Source: Paracoccaceae bacterium (GTDB lineage: Bacteria; Pseudomonadota; Alphaproteobacteria; Rhodobacterales; Rhodobacteraceae). Taken from it: a stretch of 64,000 nucleotides of DNA. The position numbers were made by a program, and so were the translations under genes. The stretch spans positions 7,443 to 71,442 of the forward strand of contig JBJLGG010000001.1 of NCBI GenBank assembly GCA_045564995.1, written 5' to 3'. Under the pieces are notes generated by a model. That model searched no databases, was not told the DNA's origin, and saw nothing but the letters and a program-made list of their open reading frames with translations. Below, piece by piece: positions 1 through 8,918 of the stretch. Each line of letters starts with the position of its first letter. Positions within the stretch are counted from its first letter, which is position 1.

Positions 1-906
1 CAAGCTCCAAATTCTGATGAAGTAACGGTAGAGCACAGGGCAATAGGGTTGAATTATATTGATATTTATCAACGAACAGGTCTTTATCCGCTTGAGCTGC
101 CTACTGCCTTGGGTGTGGAAGCGTCAGGTATTGTGACAGAAGTCGGTGATAGTGTAACACATTTAAATGTCGGTGATCGCGTAGCATACGCAAGTGCCCG
201 GCCAGGATCATATTCCGACATGCGTAATCTGGACGCCACGCAAGTCTGTAAACTTCCTGAAGACGTAAGTTTCAAAGTTGGAGCGGCCGTTATGTTGAAA
301 GGCTTAACCGTTCAGTATTTATTTCATCGTACAACACCTCTCAATCGTGGCGATACCGTTCTTTTCCACGCTGCTGCTGGTGGCGTTGGGTTGATTGCTT
401 GTCAGTGGGCAAGATCAGAAGGAATTAACTTGATTGGTACTGCTGGTTCAGATGAAAAATGCCAATTGGCGCTGCAAAACGGGGCAAGGTACTGCATAAA
501 TTACAAGAGCCAAAACTTTGTAGAGGAAGTAAGAGAACTTACTGAGGGCGCTGGCGTGGAAGCGGTAATGGATTCTGTGGGCGCATCTACATTTGAGGGC
601 TCTTTGGAATGTTTGAAGCCGTTGGGAATGATGATAAGTTTTGGTAATGCAAGCGGCAAAGTACCGCCATTCGACATTAGCCAATTAGCGGCAAAAGGAT
701 CACTGAAAGTTACCAGACCAACTATATTTTCGCATATAGCAACACGTAATAATTGCCAGCAAATGGCAGATCAGCTTTTCAAAAAGGTCAGTGACGGTAG
801 TATTAACTTGCTAATTGGCCAGGAATTCCATTTATCAGAGATTGCAAAGGCCCATGATGTGCTAGAAGCAAGGGAAACCACTGGCTCTACCATTTTAACT
901 CCTTAG
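1..906 (+). CDS. qor: NADPH:quinone oxidoreductase (zeta-crystallin/MDR family), 5'-truncated by the window
   Basis: The frame is open from base 1 (QAPNSDEVTVEHRAIGLNYID). Motifs GxEASG, HAAAGGVG, FGNASG and C-terminal TTGS. Confidence 0.9.
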   Translation, partial: QAPNSDEVTVEHRAIGLNYIDIYQRTGLYPLELPTALGVEASGIVTEVGDSVTHLNVGDRVAYASARPGSYSDMRNLDATQVCKLPEDVSFKVGAAVMLKGLTVQYLFHRTTPLNRGDTVLFHAAAGGVGLIACQWARSEGINLIGTAGSDEKCQLALQNGARYCINYKSQNFVEEVRELTEGAGVEAVMDSVGASTFEGSLECLKPLGMMISFGNASGKVPPFDISQLAAKGSLKVTRPTIFSHIATRNNCQQMADQLFKKVSDGSINLLIGQEFHLSEIAKAHDVLEARETTGSTILTP

Positions 907-945
907 GTTATACTGAATACATCGATTTTTTTTATGATTGTTGCT

Positions 946-980
946 GATGTCCGATTTGTTTGAAAAGATGTCCGATTTGT
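946..980 (+). promoter_or_regulatory. Perfect 14-bp direct repeat GATGTCCGATTTGT x2 (21-bp period), putative AraC/GlxA-family operator for soxBDAG
   Basis: Copies at 946-959 and 967-980, ending about 50 bp before the soxB ATG. Tandem half-sites 21 bp apart are typical of AraC-family sites. Confidence 0.7.
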
Positions 981-1031
981 AAATTGTATTCACAAGTCTT
1001 TTCGACTCATAAAGGCCCTAGGAGTTTTGTT

Positions 1032-2282
1032 ATGAAATATTCTGGGTTTAAAGTTATTAAGGAAGCACTGACCGGTCATCGAGGTTGGGGGCCCGCTTGG
1101 CGTTCTCCTGAACCAAGTAGTGAATATGATTATATTATCATCGGTGGTGGAGGGCATGGCTTAGCAACCGCCTATTACTTAGCTAAAGAATTCAAACAAT
1201 CCAGAATAGCAGTCCTTGAAAAGGGTTGGATTGGTGGCGGAAATGTCGGGCGAAATACAACGATAATCCGTTCCAATTATTTACTGGATGGAAACGAACC
1301 ATTTTACGAATTTTCACTTAAGCTGTGGGAAGGGTTAGAAAAGGAACTTAACTACAATGCGATGGTTTCTCAACGAGGAATTTTGAACCTTATTCACAGT
1401 GATGCTCAAAGGGATGCTTTTATTCGACGGGGCAACGCTATGCTTCTCAATGGAGCTGATGCCGATTTGCTATCCAAAGAGCAAATTCAAAAGCGGTATC
1501 CTTTTCTAAATACAGATAATGCCCGGTTTCCTGTAAAGGGAGGCTTAGCGCAGCATAGGGGCGGTACGGTGCGGCATGATGCAGTCGCTTGGGGATATGC
1601 AAGGGCAGCAGATTCCTGTGGTGTTGATATTATACAAAACTGCGAAGTCACAGGATTTAAGATTGAAAAGGGTGTTTGCGTTGGTGTGGATACAACAAAA
1701 GGTTTTATCAAGGCAAAGACGGTAGGAGCCTGTGTTGCTGGTTCATCCAGTCGATTGATGCAACTGGCTGGAATGCGTTTGCCAATCGAAAGCCACGTTT
1801 TACAAGCCTTTGTATCTGAAGGTTTGAAGCCTCTATTGCCTGGCGTAATTACCTTTGGGGCGGGTCACTTTTACTGTAGTCAATCTGATAAAGGGGGGCT
1901 TGTATTTGGTGGCGATATAGATGGGTACAACTCCTATGCTCAGAGGGGAAATTTACCAGTAGTTGAAGATGTCTGTGAGGGTGGAATGGCAATATTTCCG
2001 ATGCTTGGTAGAGTACGGTTGCTGCGAATGTGGGGTGGTATCATGGATATGTCGATGGATGGGTCACCCATAATAGATAAAACTGATATTTCTGGTCTCT
2101 ATTTTAATGGTGGCTGGTGTTATGGCGGTTTTAAAGCGACACCGGCTTCAGGATGGGTTTATGCGCATCTGTTGGCTACTAAAGAACCGCATAAAACGGC
2201 ACGTTCTTTTCGGTTTGATAGATTTTCCAAGGGGTTAATGATCGACGAAAAGGGCATGGGTAACCAGCCAAATTTGCACTAG
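1032..2282 (+). CDS. soxB: Sarcosine oxidase subunit beta
   Basis: Motifs GGGGHG, GGGNVGRNTTIIRSNY, RHDAVAWGYAR and GFKATP. ATG at 1032 follows AGGAG. Confidence 0.93.
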   Translation: MKYSGFKVIKEALTGHRGWGPAWRSPEPSSEYDYIIIGGGGHGLATAYYLAKEFKQSRIAVLEKGWIGGGNVGRNTTIIRSNYLLDGNEPFYEFSLKLWEGLEKELNYNAMVSQRGILNLIHSDAQRDAFIRRGNAMLLNGADADLLSKEQIQKRYPFLNTDNARFPVKGGLAQHRGGTVRHDAVAWGYARAADSCGVDIIQNCEVTGFKIEKGVCVGVDTTKGFIKAKTVGACVAGSSSRLMQLAGMRLPIESHVLQAFVSEGLKPLLPGVITFGAGHFYCSQSDKGGLVFGGDIDGYNSYAQRGNLPVVEDVCEGGMAIFPMLGRVRLLRMWGGIMDMSMDGSPIIDKTDISGLYFNGGWCYGGFKATPASGWVYAHLLATKEPHKTARSFRFDRFSKGLMIDEKGMGNQPNLH

Positions 2283-2290
2283 GGGGTTTT

Positions 2291-2572
2291 ATGATTATCA
2301 ATCATCCATTACTGGGACCGCGTGACAGCTCTGAATTTGTTTATCTGGGAGATGCAAATTTGATTAATCGTCCGAATTGGCAAGAGGATAATGCCGTAAG
2401 GCAATTTGTAGATTATGGCTATCTACGGGATAATACTGCTGGGTTGCATCGTGAGTTATGGTTCCATGAATATGGTGACAGATCCTGGTTGGTGGTCACT
2501 CGGGATACGGTAAGTCATGAAATCAAAGAAGTTAGATTGGCTAGTGACGTGGCTACCGAGGAGGGTCGGTAG
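2291..2572 (+). CDS. soxD: Sarcosine oxidase subunit delta
   Basis: Motifs GPRDSSEFVYLGDA, RDN..G.HRELWFH and WLVVTRDT. Lies between the beta and alpha subunits. Confidence 0.88.
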   Translation: MIINHPLLGPRDSSEFVYLGDANLINRPNWQEDNAVRQFVDYGYLRDNTAGLHRELWFHEYGDRSWLVVTRDTVSHEIKEVRLASDVATEEGR

Positions 2573-2573
2573 T

Positions 2574-5531
2574 ATGACACAAAAAAATAGACTAAAAGGT
2601 GGTCTAATTAACCGTAACAATACCCGGAAATTTGAATTTAATGGGCAATCTATGCAGGGCTTTGAGGGTGATACACTTGCCTCAGCGTTACTTGCAAATG
2701 ATATTCGGTTAGTTGGGCGATCGTTTAAATATCACAGGCCTAGGGGTATGCTATCCGCTGGTTCTGAGGAACCAAATGCGCTTGTAGAGTTGCGAACCGG
2801 AAATCGAAAAGAGCCAAATTCTCGAGCTACAACAACGGAACTTTATGATGGACTTGTCGCTAACCCTCAAAATTGCTGGCCATCCCTGAATTTTGACTTT
2901 TTAGGAGTTAACGACCTATTAGCACCTTTTTTAACAGCCGGATTTTACTATAAAACATTTATGTGGCCGTCTGTTTTTTGGGAAAAGGTATACGAGCCAG
3001 TCATTCGGCGCGCGGCAGGTTTGGGGTCGGCTTCTTTGGAGCCGGACCCAGATTGTTACGACAAAGGCTTTCTTCATGCAGATCTTCTAATCATAGGGGC
3101 AGGGCCATCTGGTTTGCTTGCAGCACTTACTGCCGCGAAGTCGGGTGTCCGAGTTATTATTGTCGATGAAGACTTTGTCACTGGCGGAAGACTTAATGCA
3201 GAGAATTATATTTTGGATGAACAACCGGGAAGTATATGGGCAAAGGGTATTACGGACGAGTTGAGCGATTTTGATAATGTAAAAGTTCTTACTCGAACAA
3301 CGGTTATTGGTGCGTTTGATCATGGCATCTACGGGGCAGTTGAGCGTGTCTCCGATCATCTTAAAACTCCAGTTTCTGGAAAACCTAGGCAGATCCTGTG
3401 GCGTATTTATACGAAGCAAGCGATACTTTGTTCTGGTGCTACAGAAAGATCAATAGTTTTTGAGAACAATGACCGGCCGGGTATAATGTTAGCGGGAGCT
3501 ATTAGAAGCTATGTCAATCGGTGGGCAGTCACGCCAAGCCAAAATGTGGCAATCTTCACAAACAATAATGATGGTCATCAGACCGCACGCGCGCTGCTCA
3601 ATAAAGGCGTAAATGTTGCAGCCGTTATTGACACAAGAGATCAAAAAATTAAGTCGCCCGATTATGAGATATTTTCTAATGCCGTTGTTTCTAATGCTTA
3701 CGGACGCCTAGGCTTGAGCAGTGTTACTATTGATCATCAAGATGGAACCCAGCAGACATTAAAATGTGGAGCTTTAGGCGTTTCGGGTGGATGGAACCCT
3801 AATATTCATATAAGCAGTCACCATCGTGGTCGTCCAATTTGGAAAGACAGTATTCAGTCATTCATACCTGATGATAATTGCCCAAGCGGTATGCTTGTAG
3901 CAGGTTCCGCCAAGGGATTTATGGAATTAGAGGATGTTATTAAATCAGGCTCTGATGCGATAAAACAAGCACTTGAAAACTTGAGTGTTAAGCTCAAAAG
4001 TATTGATATGCCAAAAGTGCAAGGGGATGTTGCGCAGGATATAGAGCCCTTTTGGATGGTGAAGGGCACGTCTCGCGGATGGGTTGATCAGCAAAATGAT
4101 GTAACAGCAAAAGATATAAAGTTAGCAAAGCAAGAAAATTTTACCTCTGTCGAACACCTGAAACGATATACGACTTTGGGAATGGCAACTGACCAGGGAA
4201 AGACGGCGAATATTTCTGGTCTAGCAATAATGGCTAATTTACTAGGTAAGCCAATTCCAGAAGTAGGAACGACAATATATCGCCCGCCATATACACCAAC
4301 GGCGATTGGGGCTTTTGCGGGAAGATCGCGTGATGAGGACTTTAGGCCAGTCAGGAAAACTCCAAGCCATCGGTGGGCAGAAGAAAGGGGAGCCGTCTTT
4401 GTTGAGGTTGGAATGTGGATGCGCGCCCAATGGTTCCCAGAAAAGGGTGAAACTCATTGGCGGCAATCGGTAGACCGAGAAGTTCTCCAAACTAGAAAAT
4501 CTGTTGGAGTATGCGATGTAACCACTTTGGGAAAGGTAGATGTTCAAGGAAAAGATGCTGCTAGTTTTCTTAATTTAATTTATTGTAATGGGTTTGCAAA
4601 ATTAGCAGTTGGGAAAACGCGTTATGGCTTGATGTTGAGAGAAGATGGTATTGCAATGGACGACGGAACGGCAGCTCGTTTGGAAGAAAATCATTTTGTT
4701 GTAACGACAACAACTGCAAATGCAGTTTCAGTTTATCGCCATATGGAATTTGTAAGGCAATGTTTGTTTCCAAAAATGGATGTGCAGTTAATTTCCACCA
4801 CTGAAGCTTGGGCTCAGTTCGCGATCGCAGGACCCAATAGTCGAAATGTAATAAGAAAAATCGTAGATGAAGAATATGATATCTCAAATGAGGGATTTCC
4901 CTTCATGGCTTGTGGACAAATTACTGTTTGTGGAGGTCTCAGAGCTAGGTTGTTTAGAATCTCTTTTTCTGGGGAGTTAGCGTATGAACTTGCAGTTCCA
5001 ACACGATATGGTGACTCTCTAATGCGCGAAATAATAAAAGCTGGGAAAGAGTTTGATATAGTTCCATATGGTACTGAGGCTCTCGGTGTCATGCGTATCG
5101 AAAAAGGGCATGCGGCTGGTAACGAACTCAATGGAACCACCTCAGCCTTAAACTTAGGAATGGGTAGAATGGTGTCAAAAAAGAAGGATAGCATTGGATC
5201 AGTTTTGTCAGAACGTGAAGGTCTTAATGCTCAAGACGCTCTGAAATTGGTTGGATTTGTACCGGTTAAAACCGATGATCCTGTTCCAGCGGGAGCGCAT
5301 TTAATGAACACTGGAAGCCGTGTAGATGCTGGGCACGATCAAGGTTATATAACATCCGCTTGCTTCTCTCCTAATTTAAATTGTCATATTGGAATAGGAT
5401 TTTTAAAGGCAGGTGATACTCGGATTGGAGAAGTTGTGCGTCTTGTCAGTCCACTAACTGGTCAGGATCATAATGTTAAAGTCGTAAGTGCTCACTTTGT
5501 TGATCCAGAAGGGGAGCGGTTGCGTGCATAA
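2574..5531 (+). CDS. soxA: Sarcosine oxidase subunit alpha
   Basis: Motifs GDTLASALLAN, GRSFKYHRPRG, AGFYYKTFMWP and EHLKRYTTLGMATDQGK, plus a C-terminal GcvT-like folate domain. ATG at 2574. Confidence 0.93.
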   Translation: MTQKNRLKGGLINRNNTRKFEFNGQSMQGFEGDTLASALLANDIRLVGRSFKYHRPRGMLSAGSEEPNALVELRTGNRKEPNSRATTTELYDGLVANPQNCWPSLNFDFLGVNDLLAPFLTAGFYYKTFMWPSVFWEKVYEPVIRRAAGLGSASLEPDPDCYDKGFLHADLLIIGAGPSGLLAALTAAKSGVRVIIVDEDFVTGGRLNAENYILDEQPGSIWAKGITDELSDFDNVKVLTRTTVIGAFDHGIYGAVERVSDHLKTPVSGKPRQILWRIYTKQAILCSGATERSIVFENNDRPGIMLAGAIRSYVNRWAVTPSQNVAIFTNNNDGHQTARALLNKGVNVAAVIDTRDQKIKSPDYEIFSNAVVSNAYGRLGLSSVTIDHQDGTQQTLKCGALGVSGGWNPNIHISSHHRGRPIWKDSIQSFIPDDNCPSGMLVAGSAKGFMELEDVIKSGSDAIKQALENLSVKLKSIDMPKVQGDVAQDIEPFWMVKGTSRGWVDQQNDVTAKDIKLAKQENFTSVEHLKRYTTLGMATDQGKTANISGLAIMANLLGKPIPEVGTTIYRPPYTPTAIGAFAGRSRDEDFRPVRKTPSHRWAEERGAVFVEVGMWMRAQWFPEKGETHWRQSVDREVLQTRKSVGVCDVTTLGKVDVQGKDAASFLNLIYCNGFAKLAVGKTRYGLMLREDGIAMDDGTAARLEENHFVVTTTTANAVSVYRHMEFVRQCLFPKMDVQLISTTEAWAQFAIAGPNSRNVIRKIVDEEYDISNEGFPFMACGQITVCGGLRARLFRISFSGELAYELAVPTRYGDSLMREIIKAGKEFDIVPYGTEALGVMRIEKGHAAGNELNGTTSALNLGMGRMVSKKKDSIGSVLSEREGLNAQDALKLVGFVPVKTDDPVPAGAHLMNTGSRVDAGHDQGYITSACFSPNLNCHIGIGFLKAGDTRIGEVVRLVSPLTGQDHNVKVVSAHFVDPEGERLRA

Positions 5532-6084
5532 TTTAAATCCTATGTCACCATTAGGCAATAGGGAGCTGATAAGTAAGGAGGTTGGCCCTTATACCGTTTC
5601 CGAAGTAACTGCTTACTCTTTAGCTTCCTATTCTCTGAGAAAAGGAAGTGAGAACGATGCAAAAAAGAAATTAGAGCAGTTTATAGGAAGTTCACTTCCG
5701 GATGTTATGAACTCTAACTTTGGGGACATTTCTTCATTTTGGATAGGACCATCCCAATGGCTAATTGAAGCTCCAATCGAAATCCATGAAGATTTAGCGA
5801 GAGAGCTTAGCGAAGTTTCTTTGGGAAAAGCCTCTATAACTGAGCAAACAGACGCGTGGTGTAGACTCGATTTAAAAGGATCTGAATTAGCCAAGCCCCT
5901 CTCTCTTTTGTGTAATGTAGACGTCTCTTCGTTCAAAGGCGGCGAGGTTACACGCTGTCAAATGGACCATTTGGGATGTTTTCTCATTTGCCGTGATATA
6001 AAAAATATCACTATCCTGGTTCCAAGGTCTGCAGCTGAATCACTTTATCATGCGATTATTACAGCATTGAAGGCAGTTGTCTGA
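5524..6084 (+). CDS. soxG: Sarcosine oxidase subunit gamma
   Basis: Motifs WIGPSQW, TEQTDAW and PRSAAESL. GTG start overlaps the end of soxA. Confidence 0.82.
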   Translation: MHNLNPMSPLGNRELISKEVGPYTVSEVTAYSLASYSLRKGSENDAKKKLEQFIGSSLPDVMNSNFGDISSFWIGPSQWLIEAPIEIHEDLARELSEVSLGKASITEQTDAWCRLDLKGSELAKPLSLLCNVDVSSFKGGEVTRCQMDHLGCFLICRDIKNITILVPRSAAESLYHAIITALKAVV

Positions 6085-7083
6085 CTAGGTTACTGGTATT
6101 GGAGAGTTATCGTTTACTCTAAATAGGTTAATTTTTTTTCGCTCCTCCTCAGGGGACAAAGAGAACAAATCAATATAATGACTGCGCAGAATGGAAGCGC
6201 TGGAAAACCCAACCGAAAGAGCGATTTCACCTATTTTTTCATTTGTGTACAAGATCATTTGTCGCGCAGCATTTACCCTAAGTTTGCGAAAATATTGACG
6301 AGGACTTTCTCCCGTTGCTTCCTTAAATATTCTAGATAAATGCCGAGAAGTAATTCCAATTTCATCAGCTATATCATTAACTTGAAGGGGGTAATTGATT
6401 TTTTGGTTTACCAAGGAAATAGCTTTTCGGGCTAATTCGGGCAGTTCCTCTAAACCTTCTAGCTCATTTAAACTAGGTATAACTTGTTTTACGTCTTGAT
6501 TTCTCATTATTGGATGCTGAAACCAGCATGCAACCTCTGCTGCTACACTTGATCCTAGTCTTGACCGTATCAACAATAAGGCAAGATCAAATGCTGCAGC
6601 AGCCCCCGAGGCGGTCATAATATTTCTATCAGTTTCGATTACTTGTTCAGAAGAAATGTTATTTGGGAATTGGTTTGTAAAAGCAGCGGCATAACACCAA
6701 TGCACAGAATATCTAATATTTGGCCGAACTTTAGCTTTTGCTAGCAAAAACACGCCTCCTGACACAGCGCCAATTGTGCAGCCATGCCTCTCTAATCTTC
6801 TTATGACGCCAACACTTCTGCTATTTATAAAATCGGCATTTGGAGGTGAAAGTAAGATTAAAGCATCTAACTTTTCTATTTCTTCAATTTTACCATCAGT
6901 TTCAAATGCTACGTTAGCACTTGCCTCCACTTTATCAGCATTTTCGGAAAATAACTTCCATTCAAAACTTTTCGTATCTGATATCTCGTTCGAAGCCCTC
7001 AAAGGTTCAATCATAGACGTGAGGCAAGCCATTGGGAAGCCATCAAAAATTAAGAAACCTATACGATAACTATTTCTGTTCAA
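6085..7083 (-). CDS. GlxA/GbdR-type AraC regulator (DJ-1/PfpI domain + AraC HTH)
   Basis: N-terminal IGFLIFDGF..IEPLRASN, VHW and TASGAAA, then a C-terminal AraC HTH (IALSVGFSSAS). Confidence 0.88.
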   Translation of the reverse strand: MNRNSYRIGFLIFDGFPMACLTSMIEPLRASNEISDTKSFEWKLFSENADKVEASANVAFETDGKIEEIEKLDALILLSPPNADFINSRSVGVIRRLERHGCTIGAVSGGVFLLAKAKVRPNIRYSVHWCYAAAFTNQFPNNISSEQVIETDRNIMTASGAAAAFDLALLLIRSRLGSSVAAEVACWFQHPIMRNQDVKQVIPSLNELEGLEELPELARKAISLVNQKINYPLQVNDIADEIGITSRHLSRIFKEATGESPRQYFRKLRVNAARQMILYTNEKIGEIALSVGFSSASILRSHYIDLFSLSPEEERKKINLFRVNDNSPIPVT

Positions 7084-7161
7084 TGTGATGAGCCAATATT
7101 TATTAATAATCTAGGCAAGTTAAATAGTTTGCTTTTTATTTTTTTTCAAATGGTGATTGGT

Positions 7162-7620
7162 TTAAACTCTTATTCTGGCGAGACGTTCCAAGCTGTCTAA
7201 AAATTTTGATCTGTCATTTTTGCTAAATGCGGAGCCACCACTCTGACGAAAAGGATCGGCTGCTCTGATATCGTACATCAAATCACGCATTGCCAAAATT
7301 TCTCCAATATTTTTACTGTTCAGAACCTCTCCATTTGGTTTGATTACTTTGGCCCCTTTCTCAATTACGTTAGCTGCTAACACAATATCAGATGTAACAA
7401 CAATATCCTTCGCGCTCAAATTTTCAGATATCCAGATATCAGCAGCGTCGGATTCGTTACTAACAACAACCAATTTAATTAGAGGGTTCTGGGAGGGACG
7501 AATTCCTCCATTACTTACAATGTAAGTTTGCATTTTATGTCGGTTAGCCACTCGTTCGATCTCTGACTTAACCGGGCAGGCATCAGCATCAACAAATATA
7601 CTAATTGAATTAGCGGTCAT
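7162..7620 (-). CDS. yaiI: YaiI/YqxD (UPF0178) family protein
   Basis: Motifs IFVDADACPVK, DAADIWI, DIVVTSDIVLA and GG..FSKNDRSKF. Confidence 0.88.
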   Translation of the reverse strand: MTANSISIFVDADACPVKSEIERVANRHKMQTYIVSNGGIRPSQNPLIKLVVVSNESDAADIWISENLSAKDIVVTSDIVLAANVIEKGAKVIKPNGEVLNSKNIGEILAMRDLMYDIRAADPFRQSGGSAFSKNDRSKFLDSLERLARIRV

Positions 7621-7692
7621 TTAGATCCTTATTGCCGGTACCAGTTCTTCAACATTTTGTCTTTCAACTTAGTATCATTTAGTTTCCGTACT

Positions 7693-8808
7693 TTAAGCTT
7701 GATTTGGAAAGTAGTCTTCGCAAGACCCTTCGCGAAAAACATCTGCAGTGCAGCAATGCAGACCCCCACCAAATGCGTAGGCGTCTCTGAGATCGACTGG
7801 AATTACTTCCATTCCAAGCTTATCCATCTGTTCAGCTTGATATACCTCAGATTTTTCAACGCAAACTGTTTTGGGATCTAATACTAAAACGTTCATACTG
7901 AGCCAGGTTGATGAATAGCACAACGGCGGAGGAGTATTGTGAGCTGGTTGAGCAGCGTCAATAATTTCCCAATCATTTTTCTCAAACATTTTTCGTTGTT
8001 CGTCAGGTAGACTGCGTTGAGGATTATTTAATATCAAGCCAGGCCTCAGCGGAGTAAATGTAGCGTCGATATGTATTGGGTATGGATCACCAGGAAAATT
8101 CACGGCGTGAACTCTGTGCTCAGAAAAATGACGACGTATCCATTCTATTCCTTTCAAATTTGTCGTAAACCCATGTTGTACGACTAAATCCTTCCCAAAA
8201 CGCAAAACATCGGCAGCGTCAAACAATGGTTCCTCTTCTGTGGTAACGAAGAATTTCTCAGCAGTCCATTTTAAGCGTTTTTCAACACCAATTTTTTCCG
8301 ATAGGTAATCTTGATGATAATCTGCGTCTGTCAGCCGTGGTTTGGGAGCAGCTTCATGTTTAAAGTTTTTATCTTCTTCCCAATATTTTTGCATAAGTGG
8401 TCTGTAGCATAGATACTCAAACCAGCGGCATCTATAAGACATTGTTGCTTCTAAGATTTCAGAACCTACCGTCAATAAAACATCGCGGGGCGGCATACAT
8501 CCAAATTGACTTTCTGTATGAAAATCTGGTGTCGTCGCCGGCTGTGAAAAATCTATTGGCGTTGGCCTATCGACTTTTACTCCTCGTTTTGTCAGGAGTG
8601 AGGCAAAATTATCCAAAAGTTCATTTGCTCGAACAATTGTTTCTTGTGGTCTTTTTCCCCATTGGCCTCGCATATCGCTGTCTTCTGGCACTTTTGCGTC
8701 TAAGGCTGGTTCTTCTGGGGGAATGTGGCAATTATCTGCTCTACCAACAATTACATGTTTAAGTGGATCCCATTCATTCCAACTATTTACCACTGTTTTC
8801 ATTTGCAT
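7693..8808 (-). CDS. Amidinotransferase, glycine amidinotransferase (AGAT)-like
   Basis: Motifs NSWNEWDPL, PRD, FDAAD, HIDATF, WLSMNVL and GGGLHC, giving the Asp-His-Cys triad. The start may be 8802. Confidence 0.88.
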   Translation of the reverse strand: MQMKTVVNSWNEWDPLKHVIVGRADNCHIPPEEPALDAKVPEDSDMRGQWGKRPQETIVRANELLDNFASLLTKRGVKVDRPTPIDFSQPATTPDFHTESQFGCMPPRDVLLTVGSEILEATMSYRCRWFEYLCYRPLMQKYWEEDKNFKHEAAPKPRLTDADYHQDYLSEKIGVEKRLKWTAEKFFVTTEEEPLFDAADVLRFGKDLVVQHGFTTNLKGIEWIRRHFSEHRVHAVNFPGDPYPIHIDATFTPLRPGLILNNPQRSLPDEQRKMFEKNDWEIIDAAQPAHNTPPPLCYSSTWLSMNVLVLDPKTVCVEKSEVYQAEQMDKLGMEVIPVDLRDAYAFGGGLHCCTADVFREGSCEDYFPNQA

Positions 8809-8918
8809 GGCCTCGTAGTTTCATTACAAAATATTAATATAGAGGTAGCACTTGAGAAGAATGATGCCAACCAAGATTGGGATCTAAGACTTAAAATCTG
8901 TAAATTAATATTTAAAAT

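Noticed and set aside
946-980. Direct repeat as a CRISPR remnant or target-site duplication
   Set aside because: There are only two 14-bp copies with a 7-bp spacer and no cas or transposase gene. An operator explains it better.
960-1031. N-terminal extensions of track ORFs (soxB from 960; similarly soxA 2517, iolC 16831, bchH 35893, puhA 42552, hemA 46671, crtE 58292)
   Set aside because: These are longest-ORF artefacts. SD position and family N-termini support the downstream starts.
1032-6084. sox genes as sulfur oxidation
   Set aside because: This is a name clash only. The motifs are those of heterotetrameric sarcosine oxidase.
8809-8918. Guanidine riboswitch upstream of the amidinotransferase
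   Set aside because: The spacer is short and AT-rich, with no visible stems or ACGR-loop hairpins. A covariance-model search would be needed to exclude it fully.
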